Of a stretch of DNA of 64,000 nucleotides, positions 49,511-62,559 are shown piece by piece (position 1 is the first letter of the stretch; every line of letters begins with the position of its first letter). The DNA lies in the NCBI RefSeq assembly GCF_964194025.1, contig NC_134481.1, positions 46,252,001-46,316,000 on the forward strand, given 5' to 3'. The DNA comes from Convolutriloba macropyga. Lineage: Eukaryota. The notes below the pieces were generated by a model, which was given only the letters and a program-made list of their open reading frames with translations, searched no databases and had not been told where the DNA came from. Both the position numbers and the translations under genes were made by a program.

Positions 49511-50529
49511 TGTCACTATGCATAGCTAAATCGGATCATTTAGCGAGTGTTGTTAACAGATGAGAATCATATGATAGACAATCCTTTCAAACAATTTTTG
49601 AACAATTTAAACACAACAATGCTAAATATTCAATAATTCTTTTTGTTTTTTTTTGCTCGGATTTCATTTAGGTGTCGGTTGTGGTGAGTCTACTTGCGTG
49701 GGCTCTTATGTAGGTTGATTTCCCACAGCTACTTGTTGTATCGCATCGAACTTGTTTTTCGTGATTGGAATGTAAGAAAAATTTGTCGGAGCTTGCGTTT
49801 GGGTTGTTTTGTGTTTGGGGTTGGGATCTTTATTCCTGGTTCGTCATTATATTCACAATATCCGTGTGTGGTGTTTACACGGTTTCGGCACAACGGCGCA
49901 GAATCTAAAGAGTTACTTCGTCTCCGCCAATGTTTTGGTTGATCAATTTTGCTCAATTGAAGACGATCGAGTCAGAATTAGTTTTGGAGGTATCGGAGTG
50001 GTTGGAGTTATGTTGTGTCGGGTGTGGCTCGTCATTTCTGACTTTGAATGAATTCCGTATTTTTCTTGTTTGGCACGAATGCCTTCATGGTGGCATCACC
50101 GTTCGATTTTCTCGCCTTTTTTCACTCTTTTTTCGAGTTTATGCTATCTTGCATTGCCTGATTTTATCGTGGCTCTTTTCTGATTTTGGTTTTTTTGAAA
50201 ATAATTTTTGATTTATTTTTTTAAAAATTTAATTAGATGTACGATCTAGATTCCTTTTTACGATTTACTCAACCATAATACTTTACTTTTAACCGAAACT
50301 GGATGCACCTTCAGTTTGTTATTTGGCGGATTTTTGAGGTTGCTCAACTTATTTTGTTCCTTTAGTGTTCCCGAGTCAAATTCAAAATTTTCCTTTATTA
50401 TTGGTGCTGTGGTTCTTTGGCCGAGTGTTTCGGACTGTTGCTATAACGGACGCATGTTGCGTGCCAAAAGGGTCAGAAATTGGTTAAATTATGTTTTAAA
50501 TGAAATTTCTAGGAGAAAAAAACTATCGG

Positions 50530-50700
50530 AACGTTTTTGAATTCGATAAGCAAGGTGAGTAGGCAACTGTAAGTAACGTAAAATCAAGGCAAAAGCAAAA
50601 CTGCATCAGCATGGCATATATTGCAACATTTTTTGCCTGGACTTAGTCTGAGATCAATCTCCGAGAAGTTTTTTGAAACCTGAAAACATTAAGCCTGAAA
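50530..50700. repeat. Dispersed repeat shared with 63200-63350 (flank of a hAT-like element)
   Basis: aggcaact.taag...aaactgc.tca...gcaacatttttt...agtct.agatc.atc.ccgag...ttttgaaac.t.aaaa.a.taagcc occurs in both places. Confidence 0.6.
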
Positions 50701-53700
50701 CAAGCGCAGTCGATTTATTATCTTAGTGGGTCCAACGAAAATTATGTTATTTGCACTTTTTCCGAGCTCTCTACGTACAATAGAACAGATTCTATGTGGA
50801 TTTAAATTTTTTTCATGTGGTTACAAAATGACGTCATACTTTCTCGCTGCTCTTTTATTTAAATAGCGCATTGCTCATTTACGCGGTAACATCCTCGGGC
50901 CCGGAAGATGTTGGGAGGATAGGTACAAGCTTACCAAGCGTGCGGACGAGAGATCTGGACGATGTGCGAACGACTGTGGAGCTGGCGAAGCTGTTGGAAC
51001 CGTACCGGAGCACTTCAATCTGAGCAGAGGGATAAAACCCCCGGCTTGTTTTCTTCCACTGCCCGAACTAAACCACCGACCTTGAGATGATGCTCGGCAG
51101 TTGTCTGCCACTTAGATCTACGGTTCAAGGTAGATACGTACTCCGTAATTCAACGTGCATTAATTGAATTGGCGTAGTACTGCGCGTGAGCGTACCGCTT
51201 ACGATGATCAAACTCATCAACTCCAACGATTGACAGAATTCCTGTTTCTTGGTTACCAAATAGAGAATGATTGGGTATTATTGCGCCTAGGTCAGATGGG
51301 TCAGCGCTTACGGGCTATAGAGGACTTGCGTTCAGTGCATGTTCAACTAGACATATTCAAAACTTCAACTGTAGGGCGATGTGTACCGAGGATTTTATGC
51401 AATACTATCTTGAAATTACGGACCAACCTTTCCCAGATGCCACCTTGGTGTAGCGCACTGGGTGAATTGAACCTCCACTTAATGCCCTTATGCGCAAGTT
51501 CAGCGACGATATTGAGCGTGTTCTATTTTTCAATGTTTTCACGCAGCTCGTTTTCCGCTCCGCTAATGTTTGTACCATTATCTTACTTAATTTTTGTTTG
51601 TTGTCTTTCCAACTCTTTCCGATAGTCTGATGAACGGTAACGTAGAATGGAGCGAAGTAATCGACCCCAGTGTTGGTGAGTGGAAGAGACTGGTATGCGA
51701 GTCTCTCCTTTGGGAGATCTGCCATGATCGGTTGATTGGTTGCCGCGCGCAAATTTCTGCACAAGACGCAGTTCCACTTGATGGAACGCAACGAAGAACG
51801 TATTTTAAGGATTTTATAACGTTCCTTTACCTTTGATCATAATTAAGCATTGCCATCATGAAATTTAATTTAAATGAGCCTCAAAAACATTTTGACAAAC
51901 CTACGACGCTCATCGAGCACGATGGGATGCTTACTGACAAAGTTAATTTCACTAGCCGTCGGAGCTGCTAAGGCCCAATAAACGGTGTAAACTGAGCAAT
52001 GCGGCCGTTCTTCCTGACGAACTTGTTGACAAGAAGGTCTTTCGTTCAGCACTAAAGGATTCTGCTTGAAGCAAGTACTGGTGATGACGCTCGACTTCGT
52101 GAGATGGTAAAAGATGGAGCATGTATGCCGTAACACGAAGTAGTTTCTGATAAGAACTGAACTTATCAAACAACATTCGAATAAATCTGTTCCTTAGCGA
52201 ATTTGGTTGCTTATGATGCTAAAGTTGAGATGGAGTCATCATTTTCTTCCTTGATTACAACGCTAAGTTTGATGTTATCGACGACATCATTATTTGGTAC
52301 ATAGGGGAATTGCTTAGTTCTCAAGAAGTCAGGACCCCTCACCCAGTTACTTGGTTGTCAAACTTCCGCGGACATACCACGCGTGCCGACATCTGCCGGA
52401 TTTTTACAGGTGACGACACGATTCCATTGTTTGACGTTAGTGTACTCCAAGATTTCGCTTACAAGATTTGAAATAAGGATGGGGTGTTAGTTATTTGTAT
52501 TTAACCACTGCAAGACGATGGTATTATCTGTCCTTATAAACAATATCCACAGTAACGGTCAGTGCTCGACAGATTTCCCCTTTTAAACATTGTGCGAGGA
52601 GAGCGGCTTATATTTCCAATTTCGGAAGGGTTTTCACCGTCATAGGTGCAACGCGGTTTTTGCCCAGGAAGAACGCCAGCTCTGTTTTTATCTCTTCGGA
52701 GGTGCAAATTACTTGGGCTCGAAGAAAACCTACACCACTGAAACGTCTTGCGAGCTATCACCAAACATGTGGAGTTCAAGATGTTTGAACGGCCCGGAAA
52801 ATTAATTTCATGCTAAACTGATTTTAGCCAAATGCTGCAGTTTGACACGACATGCAAAGAATTTCTCAGTTGTGTCTTTGGGTAACTCGTCATCCGAACT
52901 TTGTCCATTGACTCGCCAAATACCTTTCAAGATTAAACGAGCACCTACAGTGAACGGTGCTACGAGGCCAATTGGGTCGTAGACCTTTGACACAGGACTT
53001 AAGAACAAACGCTGTGTTAAACTTCTTGTAATGGAGCTGTAAGTACCCCTGTTCAAAACCAGAGTATCGTTGTTGTGATCGCTCTTGAGCGCACGTGCAT
53101 TGGTTCCTCCTTTGATGAGACGATGACTTTCGGCTCAATTAATTGAGGAGACCCATTAATTCAGTCAACAATATCTGGGCAGATAGTACCCTACGCAATT
53201 GAATTATTCTCCCTGAAATGCTGATCTTTTGTAAGCTGCTTTCCCAAAGTTCTAAATTGAACCAGCGCTGAGAAGTACTTGTTGGTTAATTCGATGTTAT
53301 TTTTAACCCATGCTTTGTGGTTTGTTCGAGATTTTCTTGCACACGTGCATCCGCGGCGGATCGTGGGTCTACTTGTTTAAGTGCGTCATACGACTCCATG
53401 TTGTGCAAAGACTTCAACTGACTGGTTAGTTCAAACTCCTGCTCCATATTAGTTTTGAAACAATTCGAGACTGATTTTGAAGATGATAGTTAAGAACCGC
53501 TTAAAACCCAGTCTATGGGCAAGCGAACAGGAAATGGCGAGCAATTGTCGTCGGCTGCGAAGTATTCCTACGGGCGGATGGCGTGATACACATCCTGTCC
53601 AACTGTCATCTCGATCTTTGCACAGCAATATGTAACCGGGTCTACAACTAGTTATTGCGGATATGTTTCTTGAAGTGCATTAATGCTGATTAAGTCGGCG

Positions 53701-56299
53701 CAAATTTTCCTTCAGGTAGAGACTCACTAAAAAAGTTCGACTGCTTGTTTTTGGCGTAATTTTACAGTTAATTCTACCAACTTGGTGTCAACAACCTCCT
53801 CGGTATTTATACCCTCGACTGTTACTTTCAATGCTGTACCGTGCAAGCCAACTTTATTTGCGAGACTACTGGACGCCCAAGAGTTACTGCAAGCGGTATC
53901 GCACGAAACTAAAGCCGTGGTATCTTTACCCAAAGATTTTTTCAACTGCAATCCGGTCGCCTGAAGAGGTCTTTTACTGACAGATGACATTGTAGTGCTC
54001 ATACCCGATTATCGCCCACTAGAAGGTTTAATTGGACTTGCGGCAGCATTATAACTATTGTTGTTGTTGTTTGAATGGGATCTTGGTGGATAAACCCTCT
54101 CAGCTCTATGAAGAAGTGCGCTCTGGGAGCTGTTGCAAACATCTCTACTACATTTTCTGGAATTTGCATACAGCCGGAACATGTGTTTTTTCCTCAAAGG
54201 TTTTGCTCCGGCCACAGTTTTGCAGAGATTTGCTTCGGAACGGAAGCACAGTTTTGCTTAGGCCTCTACCTTGGCAAGTTGAGTGGGAGACATTTCTATA
54301 AATACACGACACTCCCAGATTCTGTGGTTTCCTTGTATGTGCTTTGTTGCTGTGTGTTGGCACCGATTGTCCTTGGGACAGCTTTGGTATTGGTTACAGA
54401 GTTGATGTTGTCAGTTCTTGCCTTTATTGATCTTTGTTTCGTCAAGTAATGTGCCTCGGCCCTTTTTTCAACCAATCGTTGAACGTGTCGAGTGATGGCT
54501 CTACCCAATGTTTCTGGACCGTAATGGTTGACCATGACTCTTTCACAATGGGCAGCAATTTTGGCGCTGCTTTTTTTAGAATTGAGGCGCTCCTCAAGTC
54601 AGTGTCGTATACGAGAGACTTAAGGACCCCGAAATGACCTAAGATGATTTCAGAAAAGTTTGTTGTTATCACTATTGTGCATCTTTAGTGGTAAAAAAGT
54701 GCTGAGTTTGTCTAAATGTCCACCGACAACTGCCTGTGGCCGGGCGAAATTTACGTTCAAATGTTCTAAGTGCATCTTTATACAATATTCCGCAATATTA
54801 ATTTTTTGTGAAAGCGGTATTTGCTTTTCCAGTTAGAGTTTTTAAGTAAGTCAGCTTGACATATTCAGTCATTGACTTTGAGTCTATGTCGCTTTTGAAC
54901 TGCACACAACATTCATGCCCCTGTAGGGGGTCACCATTGTACAGTGATAATTTCCACTCGGACAGTGGGTTGTTATTTTTAACGAGTAATTGCGTCCGCC
55001 AACGGTTTTATCGAATACCCGGAGTCCAAAGAAAGAGCCGAAGACGTGGGACGCCTCGTGAGGCACCCCAAAACAACGGGTTTGGAACGATAGCTCCATT
55101 CGTTGGAGGAACGATCTAAGTGACAAAAGTTGGGACAGTACCGTTACAAGAACTAAAAAGATTCAATTACATGAAATCTGATGTTACGTAAGTTTGAGAC
55201 CTAGCTGCTGCCTGTGTATGAGTAGTGGAGCTAAGCGATGTAGGAACATTAAGGTTGTAAAACAGGGGCAGTGGTACGCTGCCTATGTTTTTTGATGTTC
55301 CAACAAAAGTGATCGACTAAACTAGAACGGATGTCGGGAAGCGCCAGACGTTTGGATCCGGCAGAGGGAAAGCTGCATCGATTAAGGGGAATGAAATTAG
55401 GGGCGTGTACCTATGCTGTGGGGCCGGTGGATAATTCAGGTGTGGTTTAAAAACATTTGCAGAAGAAAGAAATGTTCTGTGTGGGTGGAGAGGGCAAAAA
55501 CTGATTGGCATTGTTTGCCACTTGGTTATTGATATTTAATGGAGGTGCTGGAGCTGCTGATGGTGCTGGAGCAAAACGAAGGGACGGTGGAATTAACGGG
55601 AGTTGCGGGACTCTTGGGTTAGAGACCAGGGATTGAACGGCGGGCGCATTTATTTGTGCTTGTGATTGATTAAGGGCTAGCTGATCATTAGCAAGCGCGT
55701 TTAATGTTGGTAAACGAGGAGGGCTGACCAGGTTGAACTGTCACTGTATGCTTGACCTGCGGCCTATTTGTTTGTCCAAATGCAGACCATCGAAATGCAG
55801 GGTAGGCTGAGAGAGCTGTCGGGCTGTGTTCGGGTCATTTAATTGTGCTTGCATGCCAAAGTTTTTTTTTGTTGGTGATAAATTGGCATATCGAGGCTGT
55901 TGCTGTTTGTGATTGGTGTTAGTTTCAAGATGTGCATTATCATTTACAAAATTCCTGTTACTTGTCTCTTTCGGCCCTTTGACAGTGAGGTTGATATTAG
56001 CCTCAACTTGACCATGTATATTGAGACCCAAAGGATTTGAGTTAAACGGTTGAGCTGAAGAAGCACGATTAGCAATGGCCTGATTTGGTTGTGTGATGGA
56101 ACACGAAAAGTGCAAACATCGGTCATTTGCGACATCTGCCAGGTTCCTGACTGGTGATAAATTGACTCAATCTTGAACAAGTTTCTTGCTCTTTATTGTG
56201 TTTCGTTCAGTACAGAGCTCGCTCAGTTTACCAGTGTCGGAACCGTCTGCTGATGACTTTTTCATCAGCTCAATTTCCTCAAGAGTTGCTGCAGCTAAC

Positions 56300-59200
56300 T
56301 GTTTACGATTCTCTTCCTTTTAAGCTGCTGAATTTTCGTTTCTCTCAATTGTTTTTTTGTTTCAATTTAAAGGCGCTTTTTGGCGATGCGCAGCTCTGCC
56401 TCGTGTTGTTTTTCCAGTTCCTGCCATGTCCTACCAGTTTTGACATTTCTATTTCACGTTGACGCTGGCTTGATCTCTTTGAGGAGGCCAAGTGCGACCT
56501 TGATTTTATATTGTGAGATGTATATTCCGCCGCTGTCTCTTTGTCTCGGGCCGAATCAAATAACCCTCGAGCAGCGGCAATTATTTCGTTACATTTTTTA
56601 GTCAGTCTCTAATCATTGCTCCGGGATGCTACAGGCGGCGTTCGGATCTTCAGTATTTCGCGCAAGATCAGAGAGCTCTTCATTCTCTTCATTTACACTA
56701 GTTAAGGCATTTTTGCACTTTACAATCAGACCTTCGATCTTAACTTTCCTGTCCTGCTTATCAATAGAAATGTTCCTGTCGCTATAGATGTTACTAAGCT
56801 CAGCCTCTTACATTACCCTCTCTGCATAAACGTTCTGGAACTATTCATGGAATGCTGCTTCTAAAAACAAACAGGAACTAAAGTTTTTTTGGTACTACTA
56901 CAAAATAACACTCATTTGCACACAACACAAATGGATTAAATTGAAACCTAGTATGACGGTTTGCTCAGCAAACCGCCAAAAAGCATAGGTGTTCGTCTAG
57001 TAGAGAACTACACGGCGAAAAAAGGAAAGGCGTTAAGCGCACAGAAGCGCCAGGCGCAAAGCAATTGGGAGCGGTTTGAACGGGAAAAAGGCCGAACGAG
57101 GTACGGGAGGCGTAACAGGAAACGCGACGGAAAGGAAGGGAAACGCTGGGCAAAATATGCACGACGAGGCGGAAATTGGAACTGGCGCAACGGAAACGCG
57201 GAAAAAAGGGTGCACAACGCCGCGGCAACACGAGACAGACGGGCTGGAAACGCCGGGCGCACAGCTCACGAGAAAACAGGATACGAACGGGACTGTACGC
57301 CGGGGGCGATCGGCGCACGACGAAACGGGAATAAAGCGGGAATAAACGATATGGACGGGATGCAAGCGTCGAGCGTATTGAGCACCAAGAGACGTGAAGC
57401 TGAGATAGAACAGGCGTGTAACGAAGAAGAAACGAGCAAGGAGGCGGGAGGGACTTTCCCTACAAAATACAGCCACAAACAACCAAACAGACAAGCCTTT
57501 ACTCCAGAACAAACATGAGTAACACCCTAGCAAACCACCAAACCCATAAAACCTAAGTTATTACACAGCAGCAGCAGCTACCTGTTTATGATGTCAATTG
57601 TCAAGCTGCTGAGTTGCCTGTTCTCTCAATTGCTTTTTTTTAGTATCAAGGCGTTACCTGCCAATGCGCAGCGCCCTCTCTCAAATTGTTTTTCAATTTC
57701 CTCCCATTTATGTTTTGGATTTTCATTCTAGTTGACGCTGGCTAGATCTTTTTGAGGAAATCATATCCGATTCTGACTTTGAATGGTGAGATATATTTTG
57801 CTCCCCTGTTTCTTTGTCTAGGAGCGAACCAATATCCCCTCGAGCAGCAGCGGCTATTTCGTCATTTTTCTTAGTTAAAATTTCTAACCATTGCTCCAGG
57901 TTTATACAAGCGGCGTCCAGATCTTCAGTCACATGCGCAAGATCAAAGAGCTCCTCATTCTTTTCAATAACACTAGTGAAGGCGTCTTTGCGTTCGATCT
58001 TAATTTTCCAGTCCTGCTTATCAATAGCAATGTTGCTCTTGCTATAGATGTTACTAAGCTCAGCCTCTTATCTTTTCCTCTCTGCAAAAACGTTCTGGAA
58101 CTTTTCCTGCAATGTTGCTTCTAAAAACAAACAGGAAGCAAAAGTTTTTTGGGGCTACTACAAAAGTACACTCAACACAAATGGGTTAAATTGAAACCTA
58201 GCATGACGGTTCGCTCAGCAAACCTCCAAAAAGCAAAGATGTTCGTCTAGTACAGAAAGACACGGCAAAAAAGAAAAGGCGTTAGGTGCACGAAAGCTCC
58301 AGGCGCAATGGAATGGCGAGCGGTTTGAACGGGAAAAAGGCCAAATGAGGGACGCGAGGCGCAACAAGAAACGCGACGGAAGGAAGGGAAACGCCGGGTA
58401 AACTATGTACGAGGAGGCGGAAATTGGAACTGGCGCAACGGAAACTCCGAGCAAAGGGTGCATAACGCTGCGGCAACACGAGACATACGGTTTGGAAACG
58501 CCGGGCGCACAGCTCACGACAAAACAGGATACGAACGGAACTGGACGCCGGAGGCGAACGGCGCACGACGAAACGGGAATAAAGCGGGAATAAACGATAT
58601 GGACGTGATGAAAGCGTCGAGAGGATGCCGCACGAAAAGACGTGAAGCAGAGATAGAACAGGCGTGTAACGAAGCAGAAACGAGCAAGTAGGCGGGAGGG
58701 ACTTTTCCGGTAGAATACAGCCACAAACTTAACCAAACAGACAAGCTTTTACACCAGAATAAACTTGAGTAACACCCTAGCAAACCACCAATCCCAGACA
58801 ACCGAAGTTATTACACAGCTGCATGTACCTATTTATGATGTTCATTCTCAATCTGCTGAATTTCCTATTCTCTCAATTTCATTTTCTTTCAATTTCAAGG
58901 CGTTAACTGGCAATGCGCAGCGCCCTCTCTCAAATTGTTTTTCAATTTCCTCCCATTTATGTTTTGATTTTTGATTCTCGTTGACGCTGGCTAGATCTTT
59001 TTGAGGAAATCATATCCGATTCTGACTTTGAATGGTGAGATATATTTTGCTCCCCTGTTTCTTTGTCTAGGAGCGAACCAATATCCCCTCGAGCAGCAGC
59101 GGCTATTTCGTAATTTTTCTTAGTTAAAATTCCTAACCATTGCTTCAGGTTTTTACAAGCGGCGTCCAGATCTTCAGTCATATTCGCAAGATCAAAGAGC

Positions 59201-59950
59201 TCCCCATTGTTTTCAATAACACTATTGAAGGAATCTTTGCTTTCGATCTTTACATTTCAGTCCTGTTTATCAATAGAAATGTTGATGTCTCTATAGATGC
59301 TACTAATATCACCCTCTATTTCTACCCTCGCAGTAAGAACTTTCCTGAACTTTTTCTGTAATGCTGCCGTGATCTGACCGAAACAGCAAGCAAAAGTTTA
59401 CTTTCTTGTTAGTACAAAAGCACACAGATATGCATACAACACACAACACAAGTGGTTTAAAGTCAACCTTAGTATGATGGTTTGCCTAAACAAACCGCCA
59501 AAGAGCAAAGGCGTTCGTCGAGCACAGGTATCCGGCCAAACAAGAGAAAAGGCATTAAGCGCACGAAAGCCGAATGAAAGACAAACGACACCGCGGCAAA
59601 ACGAAATGGAAGAGTTCACAGTGCACGATAAAACCCGATATGATCGAGACGGAAACGCCGGGCAAACGACGCTGGACGGGACGGAAAACGAGACGGATAG
59701 CACGGAAAATTTTGGCGGTGGTCGCACAACGTGGCTTGAAAAGCAGACGGACTGAACGGGAACGTCGAGCAAGTTGCGCGCAACGTAAAGGGAGGGCGGG
59801 AGAGAACGGGCAGGAAAGGAGAAAGCAATTATCAAGGAGGCGGAGAAGTACTCTGAGACGCGGAGAAGAATAACAGGCCACAGCGACAAACTCAACCAAA
59901 CAAACTAGCCGTAACTCCTGAACAAACTTAAGCCACACCGTAGGAAGGAA
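56300..59950 (-). repeat. Three tandem ~1.25-kb copies of leader plus gag N-terminus
   Basis: Markers gttgacgctggct at 56458, 57731, 58980 and aaacc(g/t)ccaaa at ~56970, 58220, 59492. Confidence 0.9.
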
Positions 59951-60421
59951 GAGAGAAGCTACTGCAAGACAAACGCACAATTTATATGGGCTGAATATAT
60001 CACAAAACTAAACTACAGTAATGCATTAGTGTACTAAAAGGACAGAAGGAGAACGAAATTTACTAGCCGTTACTCCAGAATAAAGTTAGGTCACACCCTA
60101 GCAATACCCAAACCTAAACAACCAATCAGCACACTAACAACTTTAAACAAACTACAGCAAAAGTGAAATAAACTACAACAGTGTGTTCGTATTTTATGGC
60201 AGCTAAAAAGTCAAAAAACAATCTAGCCGTAACTCCAAAATAAACTTAAGTCACATCCTAGAAGGCAACAAGACCAAACCAATCAATAATCATACATAAA
60301 CACGGAAATATACAGCAGAAAATTTAATATAAAACAACAGAAGAGCCAGTAATTTAATAAAGTTGAAAAATTCCAAAGACAATCCAGCCGTAACTCGTGA
60401 ACCAACTAAGTTACACCCTAG
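59905..60421 (-). repeat. Array of four 38-39-nt hairpin repeats with ~160-nt period (plus copies at 57492-57530 and 58742-58780)
   Basis: Plus-strand consensus ctagccgtaactcc.gaa.aaactt.agt.acaccctag starting at 59905, 60063, 60223, 60384. Confidence 0.85.
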
Positions 60422-60653
60422 AAAGCTACAAGTCCAAAACAACAAAACCAGCGTACTAGCATCAACAACATACTGGAAAATTATCAAAAACTTGTTTCCT
60501 CACATATGACAATATACTACAGCGTAAAATAGATATACGGGGACAAGGAAGACACGGCAAGAGCGAGAAACGTTATGATTGAACTTTTTAATAATAATCT
60601 TGATTACTTGAAAGAATAAGAACGCACGTCTCTACTGCTAAATCAACCGAAGA

Positions 60654-61032
60654 AAATGGGGAGCGCAACATGGTGAAGGCAGAGGTGCTAGTGACAGAAG
60701 ATGAAGATGAAGAATATGGAGGTTATCTGATGAAAGAACAGAATGACTACCTACACAATGGAGATGGAGAAAACGTCGCTTCACTGAAGTTGTGCATTCA
60801 GGAAGTAACACACCAGATCTTGCCTCAAGAATGCCTGCCTTTGGCAACCAAAGGCAACCAAAGAGATTGGGGAGCGCAAAGGCAAAGATGCTAGTGACAG
60901 CGAAGAGCAAGAGGATTAAGGTTATTTGATGAAAGAACTGAATGACTGACCAGCTACACAATGGAGATGGCAAAAACTACGCTTCCTTGAAGAGGTTTAT
61001 GCAATAAATAACACCAGATTTTGCCGCAAGAC
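60654..61032 (+). repeat. Two diverged ~200-bp tandem copies of a coding-like fragment
   Basis: tggggagcgcaa...gctagtgacag...ggttat.tgatgaaagaac.gaatgact...ctacacaatggagatgg...acaccagat.ttgcc.caaga occurs twice. Confidence 0.7.
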
Positions 61033-62559
61033 CACAATTTGAGTTTCTAAAGGATTCTAGAAGACTCGCTTGAATGAGTCCTCTACAGATGCACACGTTG
61101 CATTCAATTGATTAGTGTCTATAGAACTTTTGGCTTACAGAGGGACACGATGAGCCGTTTGACACAACTAGGGAGAGGCGCCATGCTCAGACGTTTAGCA
61201 TTGGAGACAAACAGATCATCGAAAGAATTGAGTTGTGTGTAACGACAAGGAAAATGGGGAGAGCAAGTTTTTATTAGAGCGCTACTGAAATTAACCCGTA
61301 ATTCGTGAGTAAACGGAGTCACACGGCCAGCGAATGGGTGCACTCCAACAACAACTCAGAACTAGTTTACATTGGGATTACCAATGGCTTCAGTAAATTC
61401 CGCTTCCTCAAAAGCACAGCGGTTCCGAAGCGTTTTCTGACGACGCTTAGAGAGTTTTTTCGGTCATGAGCGCGAGTTTAGACACCGGAGATTGTTCTTA
61501 TGTGCTAACACTATAGTGAGCGTTTTCAGCTCAAGCGCAGGCTTTTGATGTAATACTCTGTACTTTTTATGTAAACTAGGTTCTTTCTGTTTATGTTTAG
61601 ACACAGTGTCTTTCGCTATATGGATAGTAACTAGAGTACCACGCTTGAGCGGATCGTAAATGTCAAGAGTTCCTCTCTGGGGCAATACACTATAGCTCCG
61701 CTGCGCTCCTGATACTTTTCAAGCACTGTAATAAGTTGCAAAGGTGTTAAAGGCTCATTATTGTTGCGGCGATGACGTGAAAGCGCGTTATTCACTACTT
61801 AATGCCATATATCTAGTAGCTTTTTCTCTTAAAAAAATGAATCAACTGGAACTGCGCTGTTTTTCAAACTTTAGCAGCGTTAGGGTTGAGAGTGAATCCT
61901 GGTAATGCGTAAGCATTATGTTGGTAGCGATTTTGTGTTATTTATGGCGCAGTATTTACGGCGCTATGAAGTGAACTTTCAGCGTGGATAAATACCATTA
62001 ATTTTTTTTTTCAGTACATCAGTGAATGAAATTTGCTCGAAATTCGAAAGTTCTTAATCAGAGTTCGACTTTCAGACTTTTTTTCCCAATTATGCCGATC
62101 TTATGTAGATAAATCCAAGATAATGTAGGTAAATCCAGGAATGAGCGAAAATTGGAAAAACCAGTTTTCTGACTTTTTGCAAAGTTTGAAAAACTTGACC
62201 AATTTTACCTTTTTTTTCAAATCGACCACCTTATGCAATTGTTACATCCGCAATTAATCATTTTTCCCATAAATTGTTTGGGACAAAAATTTTTTTCAAA
62301 ATTGTTCAAATTTTTTCAATTTTTTTTGCTACGTTTTTCTGTCAAGAACAGCAAAAAACAAGGCAACTTGATTAATTCTAGACTTTGACCAAAAAGTGTC
62401 AAAATGGTTGTTTTTCAAAAAATTGCAATGAGTGGGTTATCGGTGACCTGAGAAAACTACCCACGGGCCCCTGTAAGTTAAGAGGGGTTAGCTAGATTTG
62501 CCGCTTAAAGTAGTCAATTTATAACAATTTGAAGTTTTATCAGCAAGGAAAGGTTTCTT

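Larger units (their letters stand above)
50745..60600 (-). mobile_element. Degenerate, internally deleted BEL/Pao LTR retrotransposon
   Basis: Minus-strand order: coiled-coil gag, Zn-knuckle remnants (~54100-54300), protease ALVSCDTACSNSW (~53900), Pao TQRLFLSPVSKVYDPIGLVAPF (~52980), NPAD..TRG/W..GP.FL (~52330-52400), HPIVLD, integrase CVLC...PIMADLPKERL..TGVDYFAPF (~51650-51790); PPT-like gggcccgagga followed by TGTT at 50891 (3' LTR start). A matching 5' LTR was not found. Confidence 0.9.

Noticed and set aside
56961-59980. Many overlapping 70-185 aa ORFs on both strands as genes
   Set aside because: GC-rich, stop-poor repeated leader; frames are not conserved among the three copies.
59905-60421. 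CRISPR array
   Set aside because: Eukaryotic retrotransposon context, no cas genes, degenerate repeats, ~120-nt spacers that are weakly related to each other; treated as an RNA-hairpin tandem array.
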